Shown one piece after another: positions 1 through 11,263 of a stretch of DNA of 64,000 bases. Origin of the DNA: Octopus vulgaris (lineage: Eukaryota); NCBI GenBank assembly GCA_951406725.2, contig OX597816.1, positions 132,494,001-132,558,000 on the forward strand, written 5' to 3'. The translations under genes were made by a program, and so were the position numbers. Position 1 is the stretch's first letter. Each line of letters begins with the position of its first letter. The notes beneath the pieces are model-generated. The model did not search any database, was not told where the DNA came from, and saw only the letters and a program-made list of their open reading frames with translations.

Positions 1-199
1 CTTTGTCTTGGATATCATCTGATTTGTTTGCTTATGTAGCAGTAGTATCACCCCAGATAAGTAGGCAATTCTCCAATAAAGATCATCGACATAGATGCAG
101 AGGAGGTCACTGACATACGAACAGCATTCCAATGGGGCCACGGATATGAGAGGAGTACCGCAGTGGAAGTCATAGATATGAAAGTGAGACTCCTATAGT

Positions 200-485
200 G
201 AAGGCGCATTGTCTAGTTGTTAGGGTGTTACATTCACGATTGTGAGATAGTGGGTTCGATTCCTGGACCGCGCGGTGCATTGTGCTTTTGAGCAAAGCAC
301 CTCATTTCCCGTTGCTCTACGACCACTTCGACATCTGACGTATGGCAAACCTGCACCTTCACAGGTAATGTTGATTTGATACGAGGCAGTGAATAAATGT
401 ACAGCACAAACATTTTATCACTACAAACATTATCTGTGCAGGTTGTTCAGCAAGAAATTACAAAACCCACATCTGTGTCTACGAC
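200..485 (+). mobile_element. tRNA-derived SINE (family C), diverged copy
   Basis: tRNA-like head GAAGGCGCATTGTCTAGTTGTTAG, B-box GGGTTCGATTCC, then TTGAGCAAAGCAC. Same head as the copies at 61575 and 63310. Confidence 0.75.
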
Positions 486-1150
486 AGTCATCACAAATAT
501 CTAGAAGTGAATATTGTTAGAAATGACACTGAGTAGATCGTTAATGTACAGAAGAAAGTGTGTGGGCAACACAATTGATCCTTTCAGGAACACCAAAGTG
601 GAAAAAGAACAAGTGATCAGCGCACACTCCAATGGTTCAGTCTAATAGTAAACTTCTGGCCCTTCGACTTCAATTTAACAAATATATTCTTATAACAGAT
701 GCATTCAAATGCATTGCTGTTATCAAGAACAATGGCATTTGTTTTCGCCGAAATTTCCAAGGCAGACGGTCTCCTCGTGAGTTGCATATTAGAGAACTTC
801 CTAGTATTTATGGTTCTTCAAAAACCTATAAAGTAGGACACTATAAATTTATCATAGATAATCTACGTTATATGAGTACCGATTCCAATTTTATTTTCTT
901 TCAGATCAACTGTATAGTTGTTTATATTTTCATCAGGAGTATTGTAAAAGTTGTATTTTTGGTTATGATGTTTAGTGTTACTGCGATTGGCCACCAGGGT
1001 GGTGCACAACCGCTATGGTTTTGTCGTCGTCCATTCATTACAAATAGCTGGTAGACGGATGAAAGTTTAACATTCCTCTCATGTTTCTAGGAGAATTTTC
1101 ATTTAGATAATATTTCTTAAATGTAACATGGTCATTGAATAATGTAAAAC

Positions 1151-1310
1151 CAGGACCGGCCCTCGGGTTGCTAGCGCCCCGGACAAGCTGAACTTCGGCG
1201 TGTACAAGCTGACGCTCGTGGAAATTTCCTTGTCTTTGGCGCCTTGGCGCCCCCTCACTCATGACACCTCGGGCGACTGCCCGAATTGTCGATACCATGA
1301 GCCGGCCCTG
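1151..1310. mobile_element. 160-bp hAT-type MITE
   Basis: TIRs CAGGACCGGC / GCCGGCCCTG. 8-bp TSD TGTAAAAC (1143-1150) / TGTAAGAC (1311-1318) with 1 mismatch. GC-rich insert in AT-rich DNA. Confidence 0.8.
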
Positions 1311-2190
1311 TGTAAGACATATATCAGGCGTAGGTAATGCAAGGAGGTAATGCAAGGTTAAATGAGATGATACGACATCTCCTCATAACTGTCGACGTAC
1401 CGTAAGCAATTTTTCATATGTTTGCGCTAACACACTGATATTCTGGCTTGTTTTCAACATTCTGTTATTAATAATACTTATTGTACCTAGCGGACTTAAG
1501 CTTATCCTGCACCTTAGCATACAACATTCGGCAAGCCCGGGTTCCTCGCATGTCTAACGGACCAATTCTCATCTATGTTGTGATTTGATACTATAGGCCC
1601 CAGTCAGTGGCGGCTCGTATATAGGCACTGAGGAACTACAGCACCCTTTATTTCCACTCGATATTATCGATAACATTCAATATAATGAGTCCTTTTATCG
1701 TTAATTCTTTCTTTATACTTGTACTCTATATAATCCTTAAGCTTAATGTCAGTAGCCATCCCCTAGTTTATGAAAAAAATACGAAAATCATTGTATAGAG
1801 CTGTGCGCCTCACAGTTCCTGCGACGCGGTGTTTGGCTGTTGTACGCATGCTCACATGTCCGAAATAGGAAGCTTCACGCTAGGGAGAAAGATCACTGTG
1901 GTTCACGCAGTGCTGACCCAGGTTTGCTGGTGAAAGGTAGTGCTTCTTTTTGACTCCACGTATGTTGTGCTTAAAAACGTGTTTATATTCTTGAATATAA
2001 TAAAGTGTAGCATTAGATTATTATCCTGCTTCCAGCTTTAGTGTTGCTGCCAGGATTTGAAAAATAGGGTGCATTCCCCTCCCCTGTGATATATGAAGGA
2101 TTTTTGAAATGCAGGGGGAAATTCGCGGCAGTGTTCAGTGAACAAATTAAACACACTAGCCGGCAGTAGCTAAAACGCGAACCGATTAAG

Positions 2191-2192
<2 letters not shown>

Positions 2193-2240
<48 letters not shown>
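2193..2240. repeat. (GT)n microsatellite
   Basis: Perfect dinucleotide run. Confidence 0.95.
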
Positions 2241-2242
<2 letters not shown>

Positions 2243-2435
2243 TTAGGTAGATAGATAGATAAAGAAGATTCGTAGGATCAGATCATTTTATATGTTTGTT
2301 TCCTTTTACACAATATCAAAACAACGGCTAAAAATTTTCTGAAGCAGCACTCCAACTAATTTTATCTACGAACCGTGCGCGCGCGCGTGTTTGAGTGCGT
2401 GCGCTCACCTAATTGTATCTACATTATATCTTCAG

Positions 2436-2527
2436 AAACAGACCAAATGGTAAGACAACCCACCACGACAGACAGCGACGTTCGAGAGTGCATAAAATAT
2501 CACTTCTTAGTTCCAACGAACACATTG
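2436..2527 (+). CDS. Internal coding exon of a cyclic-nucleotide-binding-domain-containing protein (CNBD2-like)
   Basis: Acceptor TTATATCTTCAG at 2435 and donor G|GTGAGA at 2528. Encodes NRPNGKTTHHDRQRRSRVHKISLLSSNEHIG. The phase-1 end joins in frame to exon 3979, giving ISLLSSNEHIG-SLEIVQD, which resembles the cNMP-binding fold segment 'LLGPxExIGxxE'. Confidence 0.6.
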
Positions 2528-3803
2528 GTGAGATCTTCGAAATTGTTGTGTCTATAATTATGTACGAAAAACGCAATGGTTCCCCAGCAGGGCTGCAGTC
2601 CAACAACTGAAATAAGTAAAAGAAGAAAAGATAATAAAAATCCATTTATATTTATTTGCTGGTTCCCAGCCACTGAAGTTTGGTCATGTTGGAGCACAGC
2701 TATTTATGTTGTTGCAGCCTTTCCATTGCCCTTGGTATTTAGTGAATGAAAGAATTTCATACCACTAACCTCATCTGACACTAACCTCATTTGTGTTATG
2801 TAAATCTTACATTTTAGCTTGCCAAAGACTAGTTTGAATGTGTTGATAGTTACTCAATACAAATTCTTTTCCTTTTTTTTCTTCTGAGAGCTGATATTGA
2901 AGACTTGTGCTCCCTCTAACCGAAGACCATTTTGTTTCAACCCGAAGAGGAGAGTGTGGGTAAAATAATTATGACATGACTCAGTAAACAAGGAGAGTAA
3001 ATGTATCTGTTTCTATAGCGATGCCATCAGAATCTTTGATATGCATAAGCTGCTTTAGTTTTGTTACTATCTTCACCGAAAACAAGCATCGTTAAGTTTA
3101 AAGTTGACAAATTTAGCTTATATTACTTCTTTATTCTCTGAAGCTAATATATAAAAAATACATGTATGGGATAATTAAAACAAGTATAGTGGATATTTTA
3201 TGGATCAAACTGTTTGTTTTAGTCTCCAGCTTGAGCCTGATTTTGTATACCAGGTGTATGTAGTTTATATCTAGTTCGGAAATGCAATACTCTGAATTCA
3301 TGCTTACACTTGAATCAGTTTGCATTTCATTCTCTAGAACTTATAAAATAAATATTTGAAGGGTAATTTTCTATTTGACGTTCGTAAAATCATAGTGATC
3401 CAAAAAGTTTATTTCAATATAACATTTCATAAATATGAGTTATATACTCTGCGAACAGTGAACAAAAAGGGAGGAAAATTTGACTTATTTTAGATAGAGT
3501 TTCGCCCTGGGCACAGGTGAACATTCTTCGACAATCTACGGTGGGCACACCAAGCAATAAAACCTGCTGAATCTGACAAAGATTGAGCCAGTATCATAAT
3601 CGTACGCTTTCCATTAATCATCGGTTGATCTGTAAGTATTTCGTTGGGATTCGCAATGAAACGAGGAGCAGCAGGGCGTCCACAAGATATGCTAATCGAG
3701 TTGAAGTGAAATTGAAACGAAAACAAATTCGATTTTACGAAGGTCAAATAGGAAATTACGAAGTTCAAGATATCACAATCAGTTTAATTCACCCATAAAT
3801 CTC

Positions 3804-3806
<3 letters not shown>

Positions 3807-3861
<55 letters not shown>
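3807..3861. repeat. (CA)n microsatellite (intronic)
   Basis: Perfect dinucleotide run. Confidence 0.95.
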
Positions 3862-3863
<2 letters not shown>

Positions 3864-3978
3864 TGGGTTTTCTTGTACGTTTTAAATAATTTCTAATGGT
3901 TAAGTAGTTTCTTTACGCTAGTGTGTAATGTATCATTATATTTTATTTTACACTTTTCTATCTCTCCCACTTATATAG

Positions 3979-4457
3979 GTTCCCTGGAAATAGTACAGGA
4001 CATCAGTAAACATCTGGACACAACAACAGTAGCTGGCGAAGTAGAATTACTCGTTCTAGACCGCAAACATTATGAACGGCTTCTGGTAAAAAAACATCCC
4101 CAGTCAGTTGAAAGTCTCAAAAAAGAACTGACTATACGCCAGCTTCTCGTATTAAGCCGCTTATATCATCCAACAGAAACAACAGTGATGAAATATGTCA
4201 CCATGAAGTTGTTAAATGGAGATATGTCGTCCAAACTTACACATCAATACCACCGCCAGCGCCGCAGACATCCTATGATCAACAGATACAACGAAAGTGA
4301 GATTTCTCGAAAAGTTAGGACACGACTGCATATGAATTCGAAAAACACCGCGACAATTATTCCAGGGGAAAATTCAAAGAAAATGTTTCTAAACCAATTA
4401 GAATATGAACTGCAACTACTGATGATTCATTTGAGAAAAAATGGAAATATCCATTAA
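3979..4457 (+). CDS. Probable terminal coding exon of the cNMP-binding-domain-containing protein
   Basis: Polypyrimidine tract plus TAG acceptor at 3976-3978. Open frame to TAA at 4455-4457. GSLEIVQDISKHLDTTTVAGEVELLVLDRKHYERLLVKKH matches the last strands and hinge helix of cNMP-binding domains. Confidence 0.65.
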
Positions 4458-4484
4458 TTTCATTTGTTTTGAAGAGGAAGAAAC

Positions 4485-4685
4485 TCGAGAATTATTAAAT
4501 AAAATTTCTTTGCATTCATAAGAACATGACATCATTGCATACAGAGAGAAGAGCAAACTAAACTAATTCTTATTAAACAATAAAGAATATTAAACTATAA
4601 AGAATTAGTTTAGTTTGCTCTTCTCTGTGTATGCAATGACATCATGTTCTTACGAAGCAGCTAAGTTTTATCTATAAATTCTCGA
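4485..4685. repeat. Long inverted repeat (hairpin) immediately 3' of the stop codon
   Basis: Core arms 4515-4571 and 4600-4656 (57 bp, 4 mismatches) with a 28-nt loop. Weaker pairing extends to 4485/4685. Confidence 0.9.
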
Positions 4686-5170
4686 TCTTACTGTTCTTGA
4701 AAGTTCGTTCGGAAGTTCCATGAAGAACGAATAACTACAGAAAGATTTATGATTCTTTCCCGAAGTATTGTTACAAATGTCCTGTTGAATAACATTATTC
4801 TAATGAAGTTTAAATGACGGAGAGTATGTTGAGATGTTGAGACTTTCAACCTTTGGCAATAATTTAAATTAGTAGTATCACTTTCAGATAGATTGTACAC
4901 CTAATGCAGAAGTGAAATTGGATGGATGTTAAGTATTCTAAAAGTTAATAAAAATGAACAAAAAAAATCTTTTTTATTAAGTAATTCCGGAAGAAAATTT
5001 ATTCTGGGTGAGTAATATTTACTTTGAGAAAAAAAAAATCTTTACAGAAACTATATTTGCTAAGCAAATAACCTTCTCTAAATGCCCTGAATACACTATA
5101 ACATATTCAGAACACTATTTCAGGAAATTATCTCAGTTCTTTTTGAGCATGTAAAAAAAAAAAAATTAGA

Positions 5171-5419
5171 TGGGGCAAAATGAGTAAGACAAAGTAAGAT
5201 AAATTTGCTACTGCAATATTCTTGGATTACATTTGAAAAAAAGTTTCATACACATCAATATCCATCCTCAGATTTCAGAAAGATCAGAGATGCAAAAAAA
5301 TATATATACTCAACAGCTTCCTCGCGATCTGCTTTAATGGTTCTTGTTCTGCTATATTTATGCACCATGCAGTTAAAATAAAAAAATTATTGCAACTGAA
5401 CATTACTCATTTTGCCCCA
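5171..5419. mobile_element. MITE with 17-bp perfect TIRs
   Basis: TGGGGCAAAATGAGTAA (5171-5187) / TTACTCATTTTGCCCCA (5403-5419), followed by CTTAA. A degenerate extra right end lies at about 5760-5779. Confidence 0.7.
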
Positions 5420-5844
5420 CTTAAGACTTCCTATCTCTCTCTCTCTTTTTTTTTTAATTGAAATTATAAAATTAGATAATAGCGTGGAAAAAAATTGACT
5501 TGGAATCCAACAGAGAAAAGAATTTTCATTGTTAAACACCAAAAATTATCCAGATATTTTATTAGCAACGTCAATTACAATCGGGTCGAATTTGAGGGAA
5601 AATTTCTTAAAAAATAAAAAGCACCTGTTTCAAATTCTGCTTCAACAACATCTATGCTGACTAATTTTTACTTCCAAAGATGATGCAACAATACAAAATA
5701 ATGATTGCAATATTTGCAATGTAACGGTTTTAACAAGTAAGGAGAAAATAAATCAGAAATTATTCATTTTACCCCACTTAGCCATTTGTCCACTATCCAC
5801 CCGCCCACCTACTTAATGAAGCGTAACTCTTCATAGCATACCAC

Positions 5845-6033
5845 AATAATCCTTTCTAATATAGACACAAGGCCTTGAGAAAGGGGTAGTCGATTATATT
5901 GACCTCAGCACTCAACTAGTATTTGTTTCATCGACCCCGAACGGATGAAAAGTAAAGCCGACCTCGGTGGTATTTGAGATCAAAACGTAAAGTATCTTTG
6001 TTACTCTGCTAACAATTCTGCCAGCTCGCCGTC
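5845..6033 (-). mobile_element. SINE family A copy
   Basis: Reverse complement of the GGCGAGCTGGCAGAA head and the ...TTCATCCGTTCGGGGTCGAT core shared with many copies in the window. Confidence 0.8.
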
Positions 6034-6771
6034 TTAATAACAACAATATTTTATTTATCATTAGCTTCAAAGAATCGTGCTTGCATGTAATAAACGTAAA
6101 AGAACGGGTGTTATAGAATATATTAGGAGAACATAGATAAGTATATCATACAATGAAACGTATAAATTTGATAAAAAATAAAAATTAAATATAAATCTAC
6201 ATTCAACAATAATTAAAATAATATATGATCTAACTTCAAAAGACCATGAAAATGATTAGTCCTCATAACAATGACCTCCTAAAACTCGTCGAAATTACAA
6301 TACCCGAGATCCCTGAAAACATCTCTGCTGCCGGACTTGGCAAGAAATCACCATCTTATACAAATTTGCACATTTGCAGTTTATAGATTTTTAGTTATTG
6401 CTAGCTGTCTGTCACCTGGAAATTCCACAAAATCGGAGTCCATTGTAATACTCGCTTCCTTTTTCTTCAGTTCATTTTGTAGTTCTATAAGATTTTTTTC
6501 TTTTTTTCGAAGAACTGAGAACTGAGAAGTACAATTCATCGTGAGGGAGGGACAGAATCGGGCTTCTCTTATGCATTTTCGTCAGTTCTTTTTAGCTCTT
6601 CCCTCTGTTTCCAGCTTTCAAACTCTTCTTCATTATTATGAATGATGGGACTGAGTTCCTTGACTTCCTTGTAGAATCTTGGAACCGAGGACAAGGCGAT
6701 CTTCTTCGATGCTTCCTGAGTTGCTCCCAGTAGAGTCATAAGAACAACTGCCTCTGCTGGTTGTTGCTGGT

Positions 6772-7190
6772 TATGTATGTATATATGTATGCATGCATGC
6801 ATGTATGTATGTATGTATGTATGTATGTATGTATGTATGTATGTATGTATGTATGTATGTATGTATGTATGTATGTATGTATGTATGTATGTATGTATGC
6901 ATGTATGAATGCATGCATGCATGTATGTATGAATGCATGCATGTATGTATGAATGCATGTATGTATGAATGCATGCATGTATGTATGTATGAATGCATGC
7001 ATGTATGCATGCATGTATGTATGAATGCATGTATGTATGAATGCATGCATGTATGTATGAATGCATGCATGCATGTATGTATGAATGCATGCATGCATGT
7101 ATGTATGAATGCATGCATGCATGCATGCATGTATGTATGTATGTATGTATGTATGTATGTATGTATGTATGTATGTATGTATGTATGTAT
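6772..7190. repeat. Compound (TATG)n/(TGCA)n/(TGAA) tetranucleotide satellite
   Basis: Visible directly. It produces the spurious HTYI/MYVC ORFs. Confidence 0.95.
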
Positions 7191-7740
7191 TTAAATTCCA
7201 GGAGTGTCAGGAATGCTGGAAGAGCATTAGGTGAGGCACCCCTCAGCTTTTCTTAAAGCCTGTCTCTAGAAAAAAGGTCGCTTAGGACATTTTGGGGAAT
7301 ATTTTGCTTGGACTTGAGATCATACCATTTCCACATTTCCGAGACTGCGACCCCCATTTGCATTAAGTAGCTTGACCCGGCTCGTCTCTAGATCATATCA
7401 GTTGGGTGCAGAGGGTTCATGAGGTGTTGCGCAAGCCCCATTTGGACCCAAAATTTTGCACAGATATTGATTTGTCAGTGATGGTCATACTCATTTACAA
7501 GCTGACATCTATCGCGCGTGTGTGTGTGCGTGCGAGTGTGTGTGTGTGTATTCCATCTCTTTGATCAGAAAGTCTTTAAATGACCTTTACTGTCACATGT
7601 ATAGTAGCAGGACTTTCTGCCCTGAACGACCCGGTGAAAATCTTTTCTCTTAGTACTTATTACAGGACACAACGCTGGAGTAGTTTCGCAGTCTTGTAGG
7701 TACATGTTGTTTAAGTGGTTTGCAGTATAAATATATTTAT

Positions 7741-7970
7741 TTTTTTATTGCCCACAAGGGGCTAAACACAGATAGGACAAACAAAGACAGACAAACGGAT
7801 TCAGTCGATTATATCGACCCCAGTGCATAACTGGTACTTATTTAATCGACCCCAAAAGGATGAAAGGCAAAGTCGACCTCAGCGGAATTTGAACTCTTAA
7901 CGTAGCGGCAGACGAAATACTGCTGAGCATTTCGCCTGGCGTGCTAACGTTTCTGCCAGCTCGCCGCCTT
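7741..7970 (-). mobile_element. SINE family A, near-intact copy with the LINE-like tail
   Basis: Minus strand reads AAGGCGGCGAGCTGGCAGAAACGTTAGC...GAGTTCAAATTCC (B-box-like)...GACTTTGCCTTTCATCCTTTTGGGGTCGATTAAATAAGTACCAG (resembles Meta/MESC-type SINE central domain, from memory). Tail TTTGTCTGTCTTTGTTTGTCC...GGGCAATAAAAAA. Confidence 0.85.
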
Positions 7971-8076
7971 TAGTATAAAGATATTGATAACCTTATAAAT
8001 CTTTCTTTAAATGATTAGATAACGTGTGAGATGCTGGTATGGTCGATACGATGGTCATCCGGTCTCCTGCTCAACT

Positions 8077-8226
<150 letters not shown>

Positions 8227-8699
8227 AAACAGAGGAAATGACTTTCGTTACGATATCCGAGACATACCAGCTCTTCATCATAGACCATTCGATTTTGTTT
8301 GTCAAGAAAGAACACTCCTCTTAGATGTTGTATAATGTCTATTCGTGTTAATATCACACTGGTTTAATTTTTTGTTCGTTAACCTGCATCGCAAAGTTCC
8401 AACAACACTGGAATACTGCAAGAAGTAATTCCTTCCAAAAGTCGTATATGATTGGATAAAGAAGTGTCCACCATGCAAAAATGACGCATTATTGAATGGT
8501 ATCGACCGTAATTTATGATGTCGAAGTAACCCAGTGACTCAGTGCTGGAATGAAATTTGCTTAGGGGATGCAAATTCAGTTTTCCAGGATGCTTAAAGTG
8601 TTTTCATTGCTCTCACCACCACCACCACCACCACCACCACCACCAAAATTTTAGGGAGTACACTTGCATCTCCTGTTCCCGAGCCTATGCCAGTGACAG

Positions 8700-9470
8700 A
8701 AAAGGATATAATAAAAAAAATCAATTAGTTGACAAAAATGTGAGAGATGCTGTTGATAAAATGGCTATCCAGCTTTCAAGGTTTCTTTGTCATGAATTCG
8801 TTACGATCGACCAAGAAAAGACCTAAAATGATGATAAATTGCATACAATAGTTCTATACAGTGTGCACTGTATCATGCAAATGCATTTCGTCGAAAATTA
8901 CACCTGTGCCTTTCAGGATGTGTAATCGGCACATTGGAGACAGAAGCAAATTATCATATTTACTGTTATGATACATCATCATGAATCATTCTATCCTTTT
9001 GTTATCCTGATCAATAACGGTAAATCTGAAAAGCGAGTGGTCACAGCATTCATGGCTATATTTTCTTTATGAAGCTTGTTATAAATTTCCTCCATCTTAC
9101 GTGATAAACATCGAGACTGATGAATCCTATAATCAGTTTTAAAAATAAGTACAACTTTGCTGTGCTAGCAAAATTTTGGCTGGTACATCACGCCGTGCAG
9201 CTTCTCTTTAATTTCATTTTCACGTGTCACGAGAAAGGACTTGGAGACAATATCAAAACGATTATTCATTGCCATGTAATGACACGACTTTGGCTCGAAA
9301 ATCGGTCACAGCATCTAGAATGATTACTAAAGTTATAACCATGTCTTTAAGAGATATGCAATAAAATGCATGTTTGGGTCAAGTGGAATCAGGTGCCTTA
9401 TATGTCCGATACACTTAATACTCACCACTTCAAAGCTTACCACGCTGAAGTAGAAAAATAATGGTATAAA
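8700..9470 (+). mobile_element. Decayed DNA-transposase relic (DFxENY / QSAHW / HGKG family; superfamily not assigned)
   Basis: Frameshifted motifs in collinear order: VRDAVDKMAIQLSRFLCHEF, FVENYTCAFQDV*SAHWRQKQIIIFT, KRVVTAFM, TDESYNQ/FKNKY, FIFTCHEKGLGD, NTHHF. Confidence 0.65.
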
Positions 9471-11263
9471 ACAGATGTCACCATCTGTAAGCTCGATAAC
9501 TTTCTCTTCATTATTGCCATGTCTGAATTCGAGGCCGCGATAGATTAAACAGAGGCCGTTGATATTTCTGGTGAGAATTTGCTTGTGTTTGTATGCGTGA
9601 CTGTGCCGGTATGAATATGACGAAGCCGACTAGCGTGTCTGGCGAGAATGGAATTGTATCGGTGGTTAAGTCCTATATGGATGATTCGTCGTGTAATGGT
9701 GTTTCTATATTCGAACGGACGAAAAGGAAGAGGGAGAAAACCAAAGAAAAGAGTTCGAACGACCTTTCGTTCGCCTTTCAAGTATTATATGTGTAGAACG
9801 ACCGTGCGAAAGGAGAGGTAACGAATGAATGACTGACTCCTTTAATACACCGCACGGTCGCTTACAATAAAAGCAATATGGATGAATGAGTACAAGTGCC
9901 AGAAGAAAAAGAAAGACGACTCAACCGACAGAATGTTAAGAGAAAGGTTTTATTTAGGTGTTAGCAGAGTGTGTGTCTGTGTGTGCGACATAAGTACATA
10001 TATAATAATAATAATAATGATAATAATAACAATAACAACAACAACAACAACAATAATAATAATAATAGACAGGCCGTCATGCATACATAATGTGTATGTG
10101 TGTACAAACAAGAGTGTATGCGTGTGAGATAAAATACAGAGCATAGAAAGAGTCTGCAATAGAACGCTAGATGAATGTTCACACAAGATGCACATTGGCG
10201 CGTAATAGAGCAAGAGACAAATTGCGCCAATGCCAACCAATCAGAATAGTGGACACCACAGGGTCCAAACGGCCGAAGGTTTGCTGTTATCTGCTACGTC
10301 CGTATTTATGTTATATATAACAGAGAGAGAGAGAATTTCACTAAGCGTCCGCTACATTTGCAATGAACAGTATGTATCCAAATGTTGGATACAAACTATG
10401 TGAAGATTATACGAAAATTGCTCAACATGTGATGAGCTAGGAAGCTTCATCTGCAATGTGTGCACGTAGTCTATACGGTATTTCAAACGTACGTTAATGC
10501 GTTGTGTTATGTTGTTTCTGTTGAATAGCTTCTGTTTCATATTCATTAGTTTATAAAAAGTTGTACTCATGATTCCATTATGAATATTCTATGACTCCAT
10601 CACGATAGTCTACTGGTCGTGAAAATTGGATGAGCGGGTTAAATTGATTAAGCCATTCATTGAGCTTTGGAACATGGCGCAGGAAAGACTCACAGACGCA
10701 GGAAAGGATCGCAGGTCACAGGAAAGGATCGCAAGACGGATTCTTCAAGCTGATCCAACCAGCAGGAGACCTAGAAGTAAACCTAAAACGAGATAATTGG
10801 ATGATATTCATAGTCTCAGTTAAGCCCGCTTGGGATCCAGCCGGAAAGTATAATGATGATTGCTTCTGACAGAATCCTATGGAGAAAGTACCTGGGGACA
10901 CTGCCTTCATGACCTTTCCAGGAACAGTGGGCGGAAAAGGAAAATAGATGTGTAGCAGAAGGGATTGACAAAATAAAAGAGATCAAATTATTCTCTCTCC
11001 CTTTGATTTATAGTGGTTGTTTGGACGTAGCAGAGAACACTTAGGTACAAAGACCAGGTTGTAACTATTGCTCTGACTGGTGAGTTTTTAGGTGAAAATT
11101 GTCCTCTAAAAAACAGTGCCTGTTAACACGGTCAACTAATCAGATGCGCTAAAATGGATCACGTGTTTTCTTGGCGGAAAACTTTCACCAGCTTCTGGAA
11201 GCCCAATATTCTCTATAAGAAAGACAATTTTCGACTGCACTAGGCCTTTGGCACACGCCATGG

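Noticed and set aside
1-180. Minus-strand frame containing LCIYVDDL (RT-like YVDD)
   Set aside because: A single short motif with no other RT motifs around it, truncated by the window edge.
632-1355. ORFs of 140 aa (+) and 105 aa (-), and a PPWWP motif on the minus strand near 990
   Set aside because: No recognisable domain or splice context, and the 105-aa ORF runs through a MITE.
1605-2168. Possible hAT element starting CAGTGGCGGCTC
   Set aside because: No convincing right TIR or TSD.
3583-3798. ORF ending ...DITISLIHP* as an extra exon of the cNMP gene
   Set aside because: It ends in a stop with no suitable donor, and exon 2436-2527 already joins 3979 in phase.
6569-7256. Multiple long overlapping ORFs (HTYI/MYVC repeats)
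   Set aside because: Artefacts of a stop-free tetranucleotide satellite. The same applies to ORFs over the (AG)n, (CA)n and (AAT)n tracts.
11245-11263. Target motif as part of an snRNA/miRNA, or as the reverse complement of the SINE tail (TTTGGCACAAGGCC)
   Set aside because: It does not match U1, U2, U6 or conserved miRNAs as I recall them. The similarity to the SINE tail is only about 9-11 nt and the flanks are not SINE-like.
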